From an uncultured candidate division WWE3 bacterium (lineage in GTDB: Bacteria > Patescibacteriota > WWE3 > UBA101185 > UBA10185), in assembly GCA_903879985.1 (NCBI GenBank), contig CAIRNR010000007.1, forward strand, positions 216,079-280,078: a DNA stretch of 64,000 bases, read 5' to 3'. Below are positions 10,620-19,892 of the stretch, one piece after another (position 1 is the stretch's first letter; every line of letters starts with the position of its first letter). The position numbers and the translations under genes were made by a program. The notes below the pieces were generated by a model, which ran no database searches, was not told where the DNA came from, and saw only the letters and a program-made list of their open reading frames with translations.

Positions 10620-11337
10620 ACTTAAAAATTACAAAGCCGATTAAAATCAAAAATAAGACAATGCGATAAATAATAAATGGTAATAAGCTTTTACTTTTCA
10701 AAAACTTAATCAAAAAATCTACAGCAATATATCCGGTTATCGCACTGACTAAAAATCCAACCAACAGGGGTGCCGCTGTTAACCCTAATGGATCATGTCG
10801 AAGATGTAACAACTGAGAACCACCCGCCGCTAGAATTACAGGAATAGAAAGTATAAATGAAAACTTAGCCGCGTTTTCTCTGTTTAAACCAAGCAACATA
10901 CCTCCAGAAATAGAAGCACCAGATCTTGAAAATCCTGGGAGTAAAGCTAAACTTTGAAAAAATCCTACGAATAAACTATCTAAAAAAGTTGGATTGTCCT
11001 TTTTTTGCGTAACTTTGTAACGGTATTCTGCAAAAATCATTAATATACTGCCCAAAAGCAAGAACACTGCTACCGAAGCAACACCTCTAAAGGTATTGTC
11101 CAAAAAATCGCTTAATAAAAATCCTAAAATTCCCGCAGGTAAACTCGCGAGAATAATCTTCAACCCAAACTTCCCGTCAGGAGAAAAGCTTTTAAAATTA
11201 AATTTATTTTTAAGTACATCTTTAACAAAAGCTTTAACTAAAATTACTAAATCTTTAAAGAAGTAAATTATAAGCGCCAAAGCTGTTCCCAAATGCAAAG
11301 TTGTATCAAAGGCTAAAGGCTGTTCGGCCCAACCCAA
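10618..11337 (-). CDS. uppP: Undecaprenyl-diphosphate phosphatase (UppP/BacA)
   Basis: PGFSRSGASISGG motif and a multi-TM topology. The annotated TTG at 11337 is internal. The conserved N-terminus (ILHALILGIVQGLTEFLPISSSGHLIIFPQILGW) is encoded in-frame upstream to about 11442 with no ATG/GTG/TTG start. See the finding on this gene. Confidence 0.8.
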   Translation of the reverse strand: MGWAEQPLAFDTTLHLGTALALIIYFFKDLVILVKAFVKDVLKNKFNFKSFSPDGKFGLKIILASLPAGILGFLLSDFLDNTFRGVASVAVFLLLGSILMIFAEYRYKVTQKKDNPTFLDSLFVGFFQSLALLPGFSRSGASISGGMLLGLNRENAAKFSFILSIPVILAAGGSQLLHLRHDPLGLTAAPLLVGFLVSAITGYIAVDFLIKFLKSKSLLPFIIYRIVLFLILIGFVIFK

Positions 11338-11438
11338 TATTTGAGGAAATATAATTAAATGTCCAGAAGATGAAATAGGTAAAAATTCTGTTAGACCCTG
11401 AACTATTCCTAATATTAAAGCGTGAAGTATTGTCGTAT

Positions 11439-12128
11439 TTATGTCCTTCCGTAAATTAGAACATTGTCAGAGTTCGTGTAGCCCGCGACAACCTGGTTTG
11501 AAACATTTTGCAGGGTTTCAGATACGTAATCAATAAATGTGTTCACGTCATCCTGATGATAATCCAGGTATATACGATTAAAGATAATCAAACCACCAGA
11601 TACGGTCATTCGCTTTAAAGCTGCAATAAAGTTACCAGACTTACCTAAATCAGGAAATTTTTCGCCTAAAAAGATATCAACAATAATAGCTTGGAAGTAA
11701 TGTTCGCGTAAGTCAAAGGTTTCTGGTTCAACAACAACACGTAAAGCATCGTCATTAATAATTCTGTGATTTGGAATAGTTTCGATATCAAAATAATCTT
11801 TAGCAATTTGTACCATTGCCGGATCAAGCTCGACACTAACGATTTCTACCTCAGGAAAAGCTCTGGATATAAGATGTGCCATTGTCCCACCACCAAGCCC
11901 TAATATTAAAACATTCTTTAAGTTGGGTTCTTGCTCTTTTAAAATATCAACTGCTTTTCCCCATACAAGGCGATTACAAGAAGGAGAAGTATAACTAATA
12001 GATTGGTCAATTTTATCTACCTTAATCTTTTTAGTGTTACCTACCTGCCAAACCTGTATATGACCGTTATACTTAGAATCAGTTTCAAACAATATTTTTG
12101 GTAATTGAAGTCCGTCGAATACACCCAT
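11439..12128 (-). CDS. Spermidine/spermine synthase-like SAM-dependent aminopropyl/methyl-transferase
   Basis: Rossmann motif VLILGLGGGTMAH, followed by acidic residue patterns typical of the spermidine synthase family. The stop overlaps the uppP N-terminal coding region. Confidence 0.5.
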   Translation of the reverse strand: MGVFDGLQLPKILFETDSKYNGHIQVWQVGNTKKIKVDKIDQSISYTSPSCNRLVWGKAVDILKEQEPNLKNVLILGLGGGTMAHLISRAFPEVEIVSVELDPAMVQIAKDYFDIETIPNHRIINDDALRVVVEPETFDLREHYFQAIIVDIFLGEKFPDLGKSGNFIAALKRMTVSGGLIIFNRIYLDYHQDDVNTFIDYVSETLQNVSNQVVAGYTNSDNVLIYGRT

Positions 12129-12175
12129 CGTTTTTTATCTTATCAAATTCTTTCCCTGCTAGATAGCCTAAATCC

Positions 12176-13495
12176 TCATTTCTCTTTTGGGGCAATAACT
12201 TCGAAATTTACATACTTTCTTAAGGCTTCCGGAACAACTACTGTTCCATCTTTTTGCTGATAATTCTCAATAATAGCTACTAAAATACGACCAACGGCAA
12301 AAGCCGTGGCGTCATTCATATGCACAAATCTCTTTTTACCTGTACTGTCGACATACGCGGTACTTAATCTGCGCGATTGGTAGTCGGTCATATAATCTGA
12401 CGTGTGAGTTTCTCGATATTTGTTTTGTGAAGGCATCCAGCATTCCATGTCCATTTGGCGATAATCTGGTTTACCCATGTCCCCTGTACAAATAGCTACC
12501 ACCTGATATGGAATACCCAATTGTTGAATCATATATTCTTGAATAGCAACAATTAAGTCCTGCTCAACTAGTCCGTTTTCTGCAGTTGTAAAAGATTCCA
12601 TTTCTAATTTATCGAATATGTGGACTCTTATAATTCCCTTGGTGTCTTTACCATAAGAACCGGCTTCTCGTCTGAAAGCTGGCGAAAATCCAATGTATCT
12701 AATAGGAAGCTGAGATAAGCTTAATGTTTCGTCCATATGCAAAGGACCAAGTGTGTGCTCGGCACTACCTATAAGTACTAAGTCATCTTTTTCAAAATAA
12801 TAGCGTTCGTCAATAGGATGCAGTCTGGCCATTCGGTCCATAACGGGTGCTTTTATAAATAAAGGAGGAATAACAGGCACAAAAGCTTTTGTGGAAGGAT
12901 TATTTGTCTTCGCTGCCAACGTTTTAAGTATTTCCGGGTTTCTTAACGTATCAAAAACAAAGTTAACTATGGCGTATTCAAGTAGTGCGGCTTCATTTTT
13001 CAAATAGTAAAAGCGTGAGCCCGACACCTCAACGGCTTTTTCTGTATCAATAATGTCTAAATACTTTCCCAAATCAACGTGGTCTTTAACCTCAAAATCA
13101 AACTTTTTTGGCGTTCCTACTTGGCGTAATATAACATTCTCTGATTCGTCCTTACCTACTGGGACTTCTGAATCCACAACGTTTGGAACTTGCTTTAACA
13201 AGACATTTAGCAAAACCTCAGCATCTTCTAGGTCTTTTTCGCTACTTTTTATTTCTTCTTTTACTTGGGAAGCTTCTGCAATAAGCTTTGTGCGCTCGTC
13301 GGCACTTACTTTGGATATGTTCTCTGAAAGCTGATTTCTTAGGGCGCGGTGGTTTTCTACCTTCTTTAATAGGTCAGCATATGTTTGATATTGGTCTAAA
13401 AGCTTCTCTATATCAACCGATTCGCCAAGTTGCTTATCAATAACAGCCTTTTTAACTAATTCTTTGTTTTCTTTTATAAAATTAATATCTAGCAT
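12176..13495 (-). CDS. serS: Seryl-tRNA synthetase
   Basis: N-terminal coiled-coil arm, then class II motifs (FRREAGS, GDMGK-like, terminal GR.L). Confidence 0.95.
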   Translation of the reverse strand: MLDINFIKENKELVKKAVIDKQLGESVDIEKLLDQYQTYADLLKKVENHRALRNQLSENISKVSADERTKLIAEASQVKEEIKSSEKDLEDAEVLLNVLLKQVPNVVDSEVPVGKDESENVILRQVGTPKKFDFEVKDHVDLGKYLDIIDTEKAVEVSGSRFYYLKNEAALLEYAIVNFVFDTLRNPEILKTLAAKTNNPSTKAFVPVIPPLFIKAPVMDRMARLHPIDERYYFEKDDLVLIGSAEHTLGPLHMDETLSLSQLPIRYIGFSPAFRREAGSYGKDTKGIIRVHIFDKLEMESFTTAENGLVEQDLIVAIQEYMIQQLGIPYQVVAICTGDMGKPDYRQMDMECWMPSQNKYRETHTSDYMTDYQSRRLSTAYVDSTGKKRFVHMNDATAFAVGRILVAIIENYQQKDGTVVVPEALRKYVNFEVIAPKEK

Positions 13496-13547
13496 AAATC
13501 CTTTTGGAATCAGTCTTTTTATTGCATTTCAAATATATATAATGGTA

Positions 13548-13576
13548 ATATAAGTGGCATTGCTTGCCTTGTCAAT
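13548..13576 (-). promoter_or_regulatory. Candidate sigma70-type promoter for serS (TTGACA-17-TATATT on the minus strand)
   Basis: Read directly from the sequence in the divergent serS/infA intergenic region. Confidence 0.4.
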
Positions 13577-13634
13577 GAATACATAGGTTTAGGTTTAACC
13601 CTAAAAGCTAATTTCCCTACTTGCGGAATCTTCA

Positions 13635-13663
13635 TTGACCTTGTAATTTTGTTCTGATACAAT
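13635..13663 (+). promoter_or_regulatory. Candidate sigma70 promoter for the infA-ribosomal protein operon (TTGACC-17-TACAAT)
   Basis: ttgacc at 13635-40, a 17-nt spacer, tacaat at 13658-63, about 56 nt upstream of the infA ATG. Confidence 0.55.
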
Positions 13664-13719
13664 CAAGCGCGTCCACACTGCACTTTGTTTTAAAAAGTGT
13701 GTAAAATGTTAATAAATTA

Positions 13720-13938
13720 ATGAATACAAAAGAAGTAGTAACAAAAGACGGTAAAATAGTAGAAGCTCTAATGGGAGGAATGTTTAAGATTGTCGTGGAC
13801 GACGAGCAAAACGTTTTGGCTGTTATTTCAGGCAAAATGAGAAAGGCTCATATTCGTGTATTGCCAGGAGATAAAGTTCGTGTAGAGTTCTCACCTCATG
13901 ACTTAACAAGAGGTAGAATTACCTACCGTTTGAAATAG
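13720..13938 (+). CDS. infA: Translation initiation factor IF-1
   Basis: 72-aa S1-like OB fold ([33 protein letters not shown]). Confidence 0.9.
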   Translation: MNTKEVVTKDGKIVEALMGGMFKIVVDDEQNVLAVISGKMRKAHIRVLPGDKVRVEFSPHDLTRGRITYRLK

Positions 13939-13959
13939 TTTGAAAATAATAAAAAATAT

Positions 13960-14076
13960 ATGAAAGTAAGATCATCAGTAAAAGCGATCTGCAGAGATTG
14001 CAAAGTTATAAAAAGACAAGGTGTGCTTAGGGTTATTTGTAAAAGAAATCCTAAACATAAGCAAAGACAAGGTTAA
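13960..14076 (+). CDS. rpmJ: 50S ribosomal protein L36 (bL36)
   Basis: 38-aa [41 protein letters not shown] with the C-x2-C-x12-C-x4-H zinc ribbon. It is too short for the ORF track and sits in the canonical infA-rpmJ-rpsM position. Confidence 0.9.
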   Translation: MKVRSSVKAICRDCKVIKRQGVLRVICKRNPKHKQRQG

Positions 14077-14079
14077 AAT

Positions 14080-14466
14080 ATGCCTAGAATAAAAGGTGTT
14101 GATATACCAAATGAAAAAAGAATAGAGGTATCTTTATCTTACATTTATGGCGTTGGTCCAATGATATCTAAGAAGATACTTGGAATTGCTGAAATTAATC
14201 CTGATACAAGAGCTAAAGACCTAACAGACGATGAAATTGCTAAAATTAACAATGCTATAGCCAAACTTGATATTCCAGTAGAAGGCGAATTGAAAAGAAT
14301 GGTTAATCAGAATATTAGAAGATTGGAAGAAATTAAGTCATATCGCGGTTCCAGACATTTAGCTGGTTTACCAGTAAGAGGTCAAAGAACTAGATCAAAC
14401 TCTAGAACCCGTAAGGGTAAAAGAAAGACAGTCGGCGGTATGAAAAAGAAATTAGCTAAGAAGTAA
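14080..14466 (+). CDS. rpsM: 30S ribosomal protein S13
   Basis: MPRIKGVDIP...IAKINNAI...SYRGSRHLAGLPVRGQRTRSN is the S13 signature. Confidence 0.95.
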   Translation: MPRIKGVDIPNEKRIEVSLSYIYGVGPMISKKILGIAEINPDTRAKDLTDDEIAKINNAIAKLDIPVEGELKRMVNQNIRRLEEIKSYRGSRHLAGLPVRGQRTRSNSRTRKGKRKTVGGMKKKLAKK

Positions 14467-14469
14467 CAT

Positions 14470-14856
14470 ATGGCAATAACAAAAAAAGGTAAAAATAAAA
14501 CAAAAGTAGTAACAGCCAGCGGAAGAGTTTATATCTCCGCAGGGATGAACAATACAATTATTACAATTACTGATTCTGAAGGTAATACCTTATTTACCGC
14601 TAGCTCAGGAAGATCCGGATTTAAAGGATCTAGAAAATCAACTCCTTACGCAGCTACAAAAGCAGCCGAATCTTGTGGAACAGCCGCATCACAAGCAGGT
14701 ATGCGAGAAGTTGCTGTATTTTTAAAAGGACCAGGACTAGGAAGAATTTCTTCAATTAAAGCTTTAAAAACAGTTGGACTTAATGTCGTATCAATTTCTG
14801 ATCTAACACCAATCCCCCACAACGGTTGTAGACCATCTAAGAGACGAAGGGTTTAA
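14470..14856 (+). CDS. rpsK: 30S ribosomal protein S11
   Basis: [30 protein letters not shown]...[13 protein letters not shown]. Confidence 0.95.
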   Translation: MAITKKGKNKTKVVTASGRVYISAGMNNTIITITDSEGNTLFTASSGRSGFKGSRKSTPYAATKAAESCGTAASQAGMREVAVFLKGPGLGRISSIKALKTVGLNVVSISDLTPIPHNGCRPSKRRRV

Positions 14857-14859
14857 CAT

Positions 14860-15462
14860 ATGGCACGATATATTGATGCAAAATGTAGATTATGTAGAAG
14901 AGAAGGTTCAAAGCTTTACTTAAAAGGTGTTAGATGTGATTCCGACAAATGCGCAGTTGCTAAAAGACCACAAGCCCCAGGTCAACACGGTACCTCAAGA
15001 AAGTCATTATCTGAATATGGAAAACAATTAAGAGAAAAACAAAAGGTTAAGAGAATTTACGGTGTTTTAGAAAAACAATTTAAAAACTACGTAAATACCG
15101 CTTTAAACTCAAAAGGTATCTCAGGCGAAATCTTAATGCAGAAGCTTGAATCCCGCTTAGATAACATGATTTACAGAAGTGGATTTGCTGTTTCCCGTGC
15201 TCAAGCCAGACAACTTGTAAGAAGAGGCTTGTTTTTAGTCAACGGAAAAGCTATAACAACAGCATCAGCTCAGTTAAGAGCCGGCGATACAATAAAACCT
15301 GTATCTTTCGACAAAATTCACGTTAGAGAAGGTTTTGTTATGCCAGAATGGCTTGAAGCTAATACAAAAGAGAAGTATGTAAAGTATACAAAGCTACCAA
15401 GGACCGAAGATTTACAGGAAAAAGTTGATGTCCAGTCAATTGTAGAGTTTTATTCTAGATAA
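14860..15462 (+). CDS. rpsD: 30S ribosomal protein S4
   Basis: MARYIDAKCRLCRREG...LESRLDNMIYR (Zn-ribbon N-terminus, S4 domain). Confidence 0.95.
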   Translation: MARYIDAKCRLCRREGSKLYLKGVRCDSDKCAVAKRPQAPGQHGTSRKSLSEYGKQLREKQKVKRIYGVLEKQFKNYVNTALNSKGISGEILMQKLESRLDNMIYRSGFAVSRAQARQLVRRGLFLVNGKAITTASAQLRAGDTIKPVSFDKIHVREGFVMPEWLEANTKEKYVKYTKLPRTEDLQEKVDVQSIVEFYSR

Positions 15463-15485
15463 CTTTAAAGGAGGTTATTTTAATT

Positions 15486-16403
15486 ATGCAAGTTAGTAAA
15501 GAAAATTTAAAAATTAATATAGTAAAAGAAAATAATACTAGTGGTACCTATTCTATTGAGCCTTTACCAACAGGTTTTGGTCATACTTTAGGAAATGGTT
15601 TAAGAAGAGTCTTATTGACATCTATTCAAGGTGCCGCTGTTACTCAAGTTAAAATTAACGGTGCTAATCACCAATTTACAACCATCCCAGGTTTAAAAGA
15701 GGATGTTGTTGAATTAACCTTAAACTTAAAGAAACTTAGATTTAGTTTACATGGTAAAAATCCAGTAATAGCTCTTATTAAGAAAAAAGGCGCTGGCGAA
15801 ATCACAGCTAAAGATATTGAAGTTACATCAGAAGCTGAAGTAATGAACAAAGATTTACACATTGCTACACTTGCGGATTCAAAAAGTGAATTAAACATTG
15901 AAATGGTTATTGAACCAGGAACCGGTTATTCACCAATGGAAGAAAGACAAACTTCAAAAGTTGGAGTTATTGTTTTAGATGCATTGTTCTCACCTATCGT
16001 AAACGCTGTATATGAAATTGAACCTACTAGATTTGGCGACAGAACCGATTTAGACAAAGTTATACTTCACGTTGAAACCGACGGAAGTGTTACACCAAAA
16101 CAAGCCGTTGTTGACGCATCAAAGATTGTAAAAGAATACTACGCAGCTTTCGAAAAATGGGAAACAACAGAAGCTAAAGAAGAAGAAACAGTAAAAGACG
16201 CCGAAACAGCTAAATCAGAAGATGTAGCTATTGAAGAATTGCCATTACAAACAAGAACAATAAACGCTCTTAAGAAACATGGAATTTCTACATTACATGA
16301 ATTATCTAGTAAAACAGATGAGGAAATTGCAGATATTAAGAACTTAGGCGAAAAATCATTAGACGAAATCAAAGTATTATTAAACAAGGAAGGTCTTAGA
16401 TAA
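15486..16403 (+). CDS. rpoA: DNA-directed RNA polymerase subunit alpha
   Basis: Strong SD aaggagg. N-terminal-domain motifs (PLPTGFGHTLGNGLRRVLL) and a C-terminal domain with helix-hairpin-helix (ELSSKTDEEIADIKNLGEKSLDEI). Confidence 0.95.
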   Translation: MQVSKENLKINIVKENNTSGTYSIEPLPTGFGHTLGNGLRRVLLTSIQGAAVTQVKINGANHQFTTIPGLKEDVVELTLNLKKLRFSLHGKNPVIALIKKKGAGEITAKDIEVTSEAEVMNKDLHIATLADSKSELNIEMVIEPGTGYSPMEERQTSKVGVIVLDALFSPIVNAVYEIEPTRFGDRTDLDKVILHVETDGSVTPKQAVVDASKIVKEYYAAFEKWETTEAKEEETVKDAETAKSEDVAIEELPLQTRTINALKKHGISTLHELSSKTDEEIADIKNLGEKSLDEIKVLLNKEGLR

Positions 16404-16429
16404 GCTTGGAAAAGTAAGTCGATTATTAT

Positions 16430-16921
16430 ATGAGACACCATATTGTAGGCAAAAGATTAAATAGGGACATGGACCACAGAAAAGGGTTGTTGAAGAATTT
16501 GTCAGAACAACTTATTGAACACGAAAAAATTGTGACCACCGAAGCCAAAGCTAAGTACTTAAGATCTCACTTTGAGAAACTTATAACTAAAGCTAAAAAG
16601 GTCAATATGGCAACTCCAATCGAAAAGTTTAACGTACTTAAAGGCTTAAGAAAAAACTTAACAGCCGAAACTGTAATTAAGAAATTAGTCGAAGAATTAG
16701 GTCCAAGATTCAAAGATCGAAATGGTGGCTACACAAGAATAACTAAAGTCGGTAACAGAGATGGCGATAACGCTTCAATGTCCCGAATCGAACTTGTAAA
16801 AGATGAAGCAAAAGCTGAGAAGCCAGTAAAAGCCACAAAACCAGAAATAGTTGAAAAAACCAAAAAGCCTGCTAAGATTGCAAAGCCTAAAACTACTAAA
16901 AAAGAGGTAACACATGAATAA
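16430..16921 (+). CDS. rplQ: 50S ribosomal protein L17 with a Lys-rich C-terminal extension
   Basis: MRHHIVGKRLNRDMDHRKGLLKNL...GGYTRITKVGNRDGD, plus a roughly 40-aa KPxK-rich tail. Confidence 0.93.
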   Translation: MRHHIVGKRLNRDMDHRKGLLKNLSEQLIEHEKIVTTEAKAKYLRSHFEKLITKAKKVNMATPIEKFNVLKGLRKNLTAETVIKKLVEELGPRFKDRNGGYTRITKVGNRDGDNASMSRIELVKDEAKAEKPVKATKPEIVEKTKKPAKIAKPKTTKKEVTHE

Positions 16922-17333
16922 AACTACATCACCAAAACCAGCAGACATGTTAAGAAAATGGCACTTCGTTAATGCAGACGGTAAAATACTTGGAAAAGTA
17001 GCCGTTGAAGTGGCTAGAATCTTAATTGGTAAACATAAACCAATGTATGCACCAAACGCAGACATGGGTGATATTGTTGTTGTTACAAACGCATCAAAGA
17101 TTATTGTTACTGGTAAAAAAGTTAAAGAAAAGAAATATTATCACCACACTGGTTTCCCAGGAGGTTTAAGAACAGCTTCATATGAAGAAATTGAAACCAA
17201 AAAACCAGGAGATACATTAAGACTCGCTATAAAGGGAATGCTTCCACATAACAAATTAGAAAAAATAAGAGTTGCTAACTTACATATTTACGCCGGCGAG
17301 GAACATCCTCACAAAGCACAAGAGGTTAAATAA
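16914..17333 (+). CDS. rplM: 50S ribosomal protein L13
   Basis: WHFVNADGKILGKVAVEVARILIGKHKPMYAP. Overlaps rplQ by 8 nt. Confidence 0.93.
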   Translation: MNKTTSPKPADMLRKWHFVNADGKILGKVAVEVARILIGKHKPMYAPNADMGDIVVVTNASKIIVTGKKVKEKKYYHHTGFPGGLRTASYEEIETKKPGDTLRLAIKGMLPHNKLEKIRVANLHIYAGEEHPHKAQEVK

Positions 17334-17749
17334 TGGCCGAAGCTAAAATAAAACCAGGATTTATAACAGGAACAGGAAGAAGAAAAACAGCAGTAGCCAG
17401 TGTATTCGTATGGGACGAAAAAGGTGAAATCATAGTAAACAACGTAGACATCGCAGAATACTTCCCTACTGAAAAAGAACAACTTAAATGGACAAGACCT
17501 TTTCATTTAATTGGTGTTTCACATCCAAAAGCTAAATTTAACGCCAGCATAAAAGTTCGAGGTTCTGGTAAAGCCGCTCAGTTAGATGCAGTCGTTCATG
17601 GATTATCACGTGCTTTATCAGCCATGAATCCTGAATATGACGAAGTGTTAAGAAAACAAGGCCTTTTGACTAGAGACGATCGCATGGTCGAAAGAAAGAA
17701 GCCTAACTTACACAAAGCTAGAAAAGCTTCACAATACTCTAAACGTTAA
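17333..17749 (+). CDS. rpsI: 30S ribosomal protein S9
   Basis: GTGRRKTAVASV...C-terminal KASQYSKR. Overlaps the rplM stop by 1 nt. Confidence 0.93.
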   Translation: MAEAKIKPGFITGTGRRKTAVASVFVWDEKGEIIVNNVDIAEYFPTEKEQLKWTRPFHLIGVSHPKAKFNASIKVRGSGKAAQLDAVVHGLSRALSAMNPEYDEVLRKQGLLTRDDRMVERKKPNLHKARKASQYSKR

Positions 17750-18060
17750 TCTTTGGCGAGTAGCAAGGTTTCCAATTCAACTATCGCTTGTTTAACTTGT
17801 TGTAGTTGTAATTTAAGAAAATCTTTTCTCTCCGTTTTAACGTGGAAAATAGCAGCATCATAAACTTCAGATATTGTTTCTAATACTCTTAGAGAAGGTA
17901 TGGCTCGACCCGTTTCATACGCGGATATTGTTTTACCACTTAAGCCTATTTTTTGACCAAAACGATCCTGCGACAAATTTTTGCTTGTACGAATATCCCT
18001 TATTTTTTTGCACATTTCTTTTTTAAATTCACACATACTATTTGGAATAGAAGTTAACAC
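17746..18060 (-). CDS. XRE-family helix-turn-helix transcriptional regulator
   Basis: HTH_XRE signature IRDIRTSKNLSQDRFGQKIGLSGKTISAYETGRAIPSLRVL. Convergent with rpsI and divergent from the radC-like gene. Confidence 0.7.
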   Translation of the reverse strand: MLTSIPNSMCEFKKEMCKKIRDIRTSKNLSQDRFGQKIGLSGKTISAYETGRAIPSLRVLETISEVYDAAIFHVKTERKDFLKLQLQQVKQAIVELETLLLAKD

Positions 18061-18098
18061 ATTGAAATGAAAATTAGATTAACTTATATTGCACCTTA

Positions 18099-18827
18099 AT
18101 GTCTACAAATTTAATTAAGGATTTTCAGCAGGACGAGAGACCCCGAGAAAAGGCTGTCTCCAAGGGAATTGGGACACTTACAGATACAGAAATACTTGCA
18201 CTATTATTAAGATCCGGCGGAAAAAATGAATCAGTAATTGAACTAGCCAGAAAAATTTTAAATCGATTTGAAAACTTTAACGGATTACTTTCTTGTGATT
18301 TAAACGAACTTATAAATTTTCACAATGTGGGATTAGCAAAAGCCACGGCTATAAAAGCTGCTTGCGAAATTGCGCTAAGAATTAAAAGCAAGTCAAACGA
18401 AAACGATAAACAATATATTAAAAATCCGGAAGACATAAAAAAACTTTTAAATTCAGAACTATATGGAAAAACAAACGAAAATTTATATTTGGTTTCCCTG
18501 GATTCCAGAAATAAAGTAATTGCCAAAGATTTAATATCCGTGGGCACAGCGACCGAATCAGTTATTCACCCCAGAGAAATTTATAAAAAAGCCATATCTA
18601 GAAACGCGATATCAATAATACTTGTGCACAATCACCCATCTAATGAACCAAGCCCCAGCCTCGAAGACATTAATGTGACAAAACAAATCGCTGAGGCCGG
18701 TCAACAAATAGGTATTCCTCTCGTGGACCATATTATCTTTTGCGACAATTCCTTTTCAAGCATGAAAGCTTTACAAATATTTAGCTCGTACAAACTTAAA
18801 AAGGAAGGAGGTGAAATACATGCATAA
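18099..18827 (+). CDS. RadC-like JAB/MPN-domain protein (UPF0758)
   Basis: N-terminal HhH region and a C-terminal JAB motif (HNHPSNEPSPSLEDINVTKQI). Confidence 0.85.
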   Translation: MSTNLIKDFQQDERPREKAVSKGIGTLTDTEILALLLRSGGKNESVIELARKILNRFENFNGLLSCDLNELINFHNVGLAKATAIKAACEIALRIKSKSNENDKQYIKNPEDIKKLLNSELYGKTNENLYLVSLDSRNKVIAKDLISVGTATESVIHPREIYKKAISRNAISIILVHNHPSNEPSPSLEDINVTKQIAEAGQQIGIPLVDHIIFCDNSFSSMKALQIFSSYKLKKEGGEIHA

Positions 18828-19410
18828 AATAAAAAACAAACTGCTATTTGTGTTAGGACTTTTGGCAACACTAGCAAGCGTTGTCGGAATCTCCATGGCC
18901 GCATTTACGGATGAAGGAAAAGTACTTGGTTCTACATTTACAGTTGGAAGTGCTGACTTAAAGTTTCAAGCAGATTTAACACGAGGTACTGATCCTGCAA
19001 ACTTAGTTGATCAACTAAACGGACCAACCTTTAGTAATATTGGCTCAACTTGGGAAGGTGTGTACTTGCTGAAACTTGAAAATCATGGCACCAAAAAGAT
19101 CGATGTTACGTCGTACGCAGATTATGTAACAGCTAACGATCCTGATGACCTAAGAACCTATATGGAGGTATCCATTTACGAATGGAATGACACCGATCAG
19201 GATGGTCAACTGGATGACGGAGAACAAAATTTGTTGTTGGGCAAAAAGACAATTACTAAGTGGAAAACTGAGGGAATATATGTAGGAGAAAGAAACCCAA
19301 ACCAAGCCATTCCGCTAGTAATACGCTTCACAACCAATAACTTAAGCGAAACAAAACAAGGATCAAACGCTATATTCGACTTTAACTTTGAGGCAACAGA
19401 AAAAAATTAG
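18811..19410 (+). CDS. Secreted TasA/camelysin-like protein with a SipW-cognate-class signal peptide
   Basis: Signal peptide ends in the ...SMAAFTDEGKVLGSTFTVGSADLKF pattern (A-x-F-x-D ... N/S-T-F-x-x-G-x-x-D-L) typical of SipW substrates. An acidic DTDQDGQLDDGEQ Ca-binding-like loop is present. It lies directly upstream of a SipW-type peptidase. Confidence 0.55.
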   Translation: MKYMHKIKNKLLFVLGLLATLASVVGISMAAFTDEGKVLGSTFTVGSADLKFQADLTRGTDPANLVDQLNGPTFSNIGSTWEGVYLLKLENHGTKKIDVTSYADYVTANDPDDLRTYMEVSIYEWNDTDQDGQLDDGEQNLLLGKKTITKWKTEGIYVGERNPNQAIPLVIRFTTNNLSETKQGSNAIFDFNFEATEKN

Positions 19411-19445
19411 TTCTTTGGTTCTACCCGGGGGAACCGATAACTAGT

Positions 19446-19892
19446 ATGAAAAATATAATTCTAGTTCTAACAATTATTTTTGGAATATTAATTTATATGT
19501 TTAGTGTCGAAAAAATTCAGGTATTTTTGATAAACGGCGAATCAATGCAACCATTTTTTCAAAAGTATGCTGTAATTATTACTAAACAAAGCGACGTATA
19601 CCAAATTGGGGATATTATAAGTTTTAATAAATCTAATCAGGTTATTACTCACAGAATAAACGAAATTAAGCTGGCTTCAGGACAGGTTTTGTATTACACA
19701 AAAGGCGACAATAACGATGTAACGGATGATATGCCTCACTCAAAAAAAGAAATAATTGGTAAGGTCGTGTGGTTTTCAAATTTATTGGGTAACATTTTCA
19801 GTACACTGGTTATCGAAAAATATGGAATATTACCAGTTCTGGCTATATTAGGATATTTAACAGGAATTCAGCTAAAACGATTACTTATTTGA
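19446..19892 (+). CDS. Signal peptidase I, archaeal/ER-type (S26B, SipW-like)
   Basis: One N-terminal TM, the Ser box GESMQP, a His box (ITHRINE), and a C-terminal TM anchor. There is no Lys box, consistent with a Ser-His dyad SipW-type enzyme. Confidence 0.75.
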   Translation: MKNIILVLTIIFGILIYMFSVEKIQVFLINGESMQPFFQKYAVIITKQSDVYQIGDIISFNKSNQVITHRINEIKLASGQVLYYTKGDNNDVTDDMPHSKKEIIGKVVWFSNLLGNIFSTLVIEKYGILPVLAILGYLTGIQLKRLLI

